The notes below the pieces were generated by a model. It ran no database searches, was not told the DNA's origin, and worked only from the letters and a program-made list of their open reading frames with translations. This document shows positions 63,120-64,000 of a stretch of DNA of 64,000 nucleotides, one piece after another (positions within the stretch are counted from its first letter, which is position 1; each line of letters opens with the position of its first letter). This stretch comes from Camelus ferus (taxonomy: Eukaryota): positions 19,408,001-19,472,000 of the forward strand of contig NC_045697.1 in the NCBI RefSeq assembly GCF_009834535.1. Direction: 5' to 3'. The position numbers were made by a program, and so were the translations under genes.

Positions 63120-63900
63120 TATTCCATCCTTCTTCTCTCTTGCCTTCCTTCCCTTCCTTTCTGTTAAGTGCTTACTGTGTTCCATACATCATGCTATGTG
63201 GAGACAGAGAAAAGAAGAAAAGAAATGAACCCAGTCCTTGCCCGTAAGGAGTTCAGAGCCGAAGGGTGGGTCAAGATAAATAAATGAATAATTATGCTAC
63301 ACGTGGTGATGACAGAATACCCGCACTATGGGAGCAGAGAGGAGGGGTACTGACCTGACCAGCGAGGGGCAAAGAAGACTTAGAGAGGGTGGGGACCGAG
63401 GGGGAATTTTCTGGGATGTGTAAACCCTAGAAATTTTCAGGCAAATCTGGATGAGTTAGTCACTGGAAGTGGAGGTAATGCCATCAGCTATTCTAAAGGA
63501 TGAACATCCAGACCAAGGGGCAGCATGAGTGCTGGAGGGCGAAGTGCCAGACTGCGCTGTGGAAGATGAGGCTGGGGAGTTAGGCAGGAGAAAGGATGTG
63601 AAGGACTTTGGAAACCACAGGAAGGGGCATAGACATGTTTTAAACAGATGAGTGGCAGATGGCTGAGACTGAAGGCAACAAGGTAAGGAAAGAAGCCATT
63701 GCAGAGGTCCAACCCAAGGCAGGCAGAGAGGAGAGGTCATTTCCAGAATACTTAGAAGACAAAGTCTTTAGTACTTGGTTGTTGATGAAACAAAAGGGTT
63801 GAGAGAGAGAGACAGAGGGAGACAGAGGGCAGATCCAGGATGACTCGCAGGTTTTTAGAACAGTCATTTCCCAGTGACGAGAAATATGGCAGAGAGCCTT
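63120..63900 (-). mobile_element. L2 3' region
   Basis: gttaagtgcttactgtgttcca...cagtccttgcccgtaaggagttcag...ggaaggggcatagacatgttttaaacagatgagt...ggatgactcgcaggtttt. Confidence 0.75.
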
Positions 63901-64000
63901 CCTTTCTCCAAGTCTGTGTGTTGTGCTACCTGCCTCATCTGTACCCTCGTGGTCACCTGGGGAGAGCGGCTCTTAATTTGCGGTCTCAGCAGGGTGCCTG

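Overview
Mammalian non-coding DNA, either a gene desert or a large intron. No protein-coding host exon, rRNA, genuine tRNA, CRISPR or other prokaryotic feature is supportable. The species is most likely a camelid (Vicugna, Lama or Camelus). This rests on a tRNA-Ala-derived Vic-1-type SINE at 42771-42870 and on seeing no Alu, Bov-tA, PRE-1 or Can-SINE. Much of the window is layered transposon debris: ancient L2, MIR, MLT1/MLT2, Tigger, MER58, MER63 and MER31, intermediate ERV1 solo LTRs, and several generations of L1 3' ends. The only real coding remnant is the C-terminus of L1 ORF2p (13994-14602), in a young 5'-truncated L1 with a perfect 14-bp TSD. A 100-N assembly gap lies inside a (TTTC)n/(TTCC)n tract. 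Repeat-poor stretches near 24-26.6 kb, 29-31.7 kb, 54.9-55.3 kb and 58.2-61.3 kb look like candidate cis-regulatory sequence. The best oddities are a ~40-bp locally templated insertion inside an L1, a 40-nt complete mini-L1 insertion, a possible ancient LINE endonuclease relic with a 105-codon open frame, a three-way-junction RNA-like fold and a box C/D-like cassette. I found no convincing new biological system. Repeat family names are from recalled consensus sequences and need RepeatMasker/Dfam confirmation.
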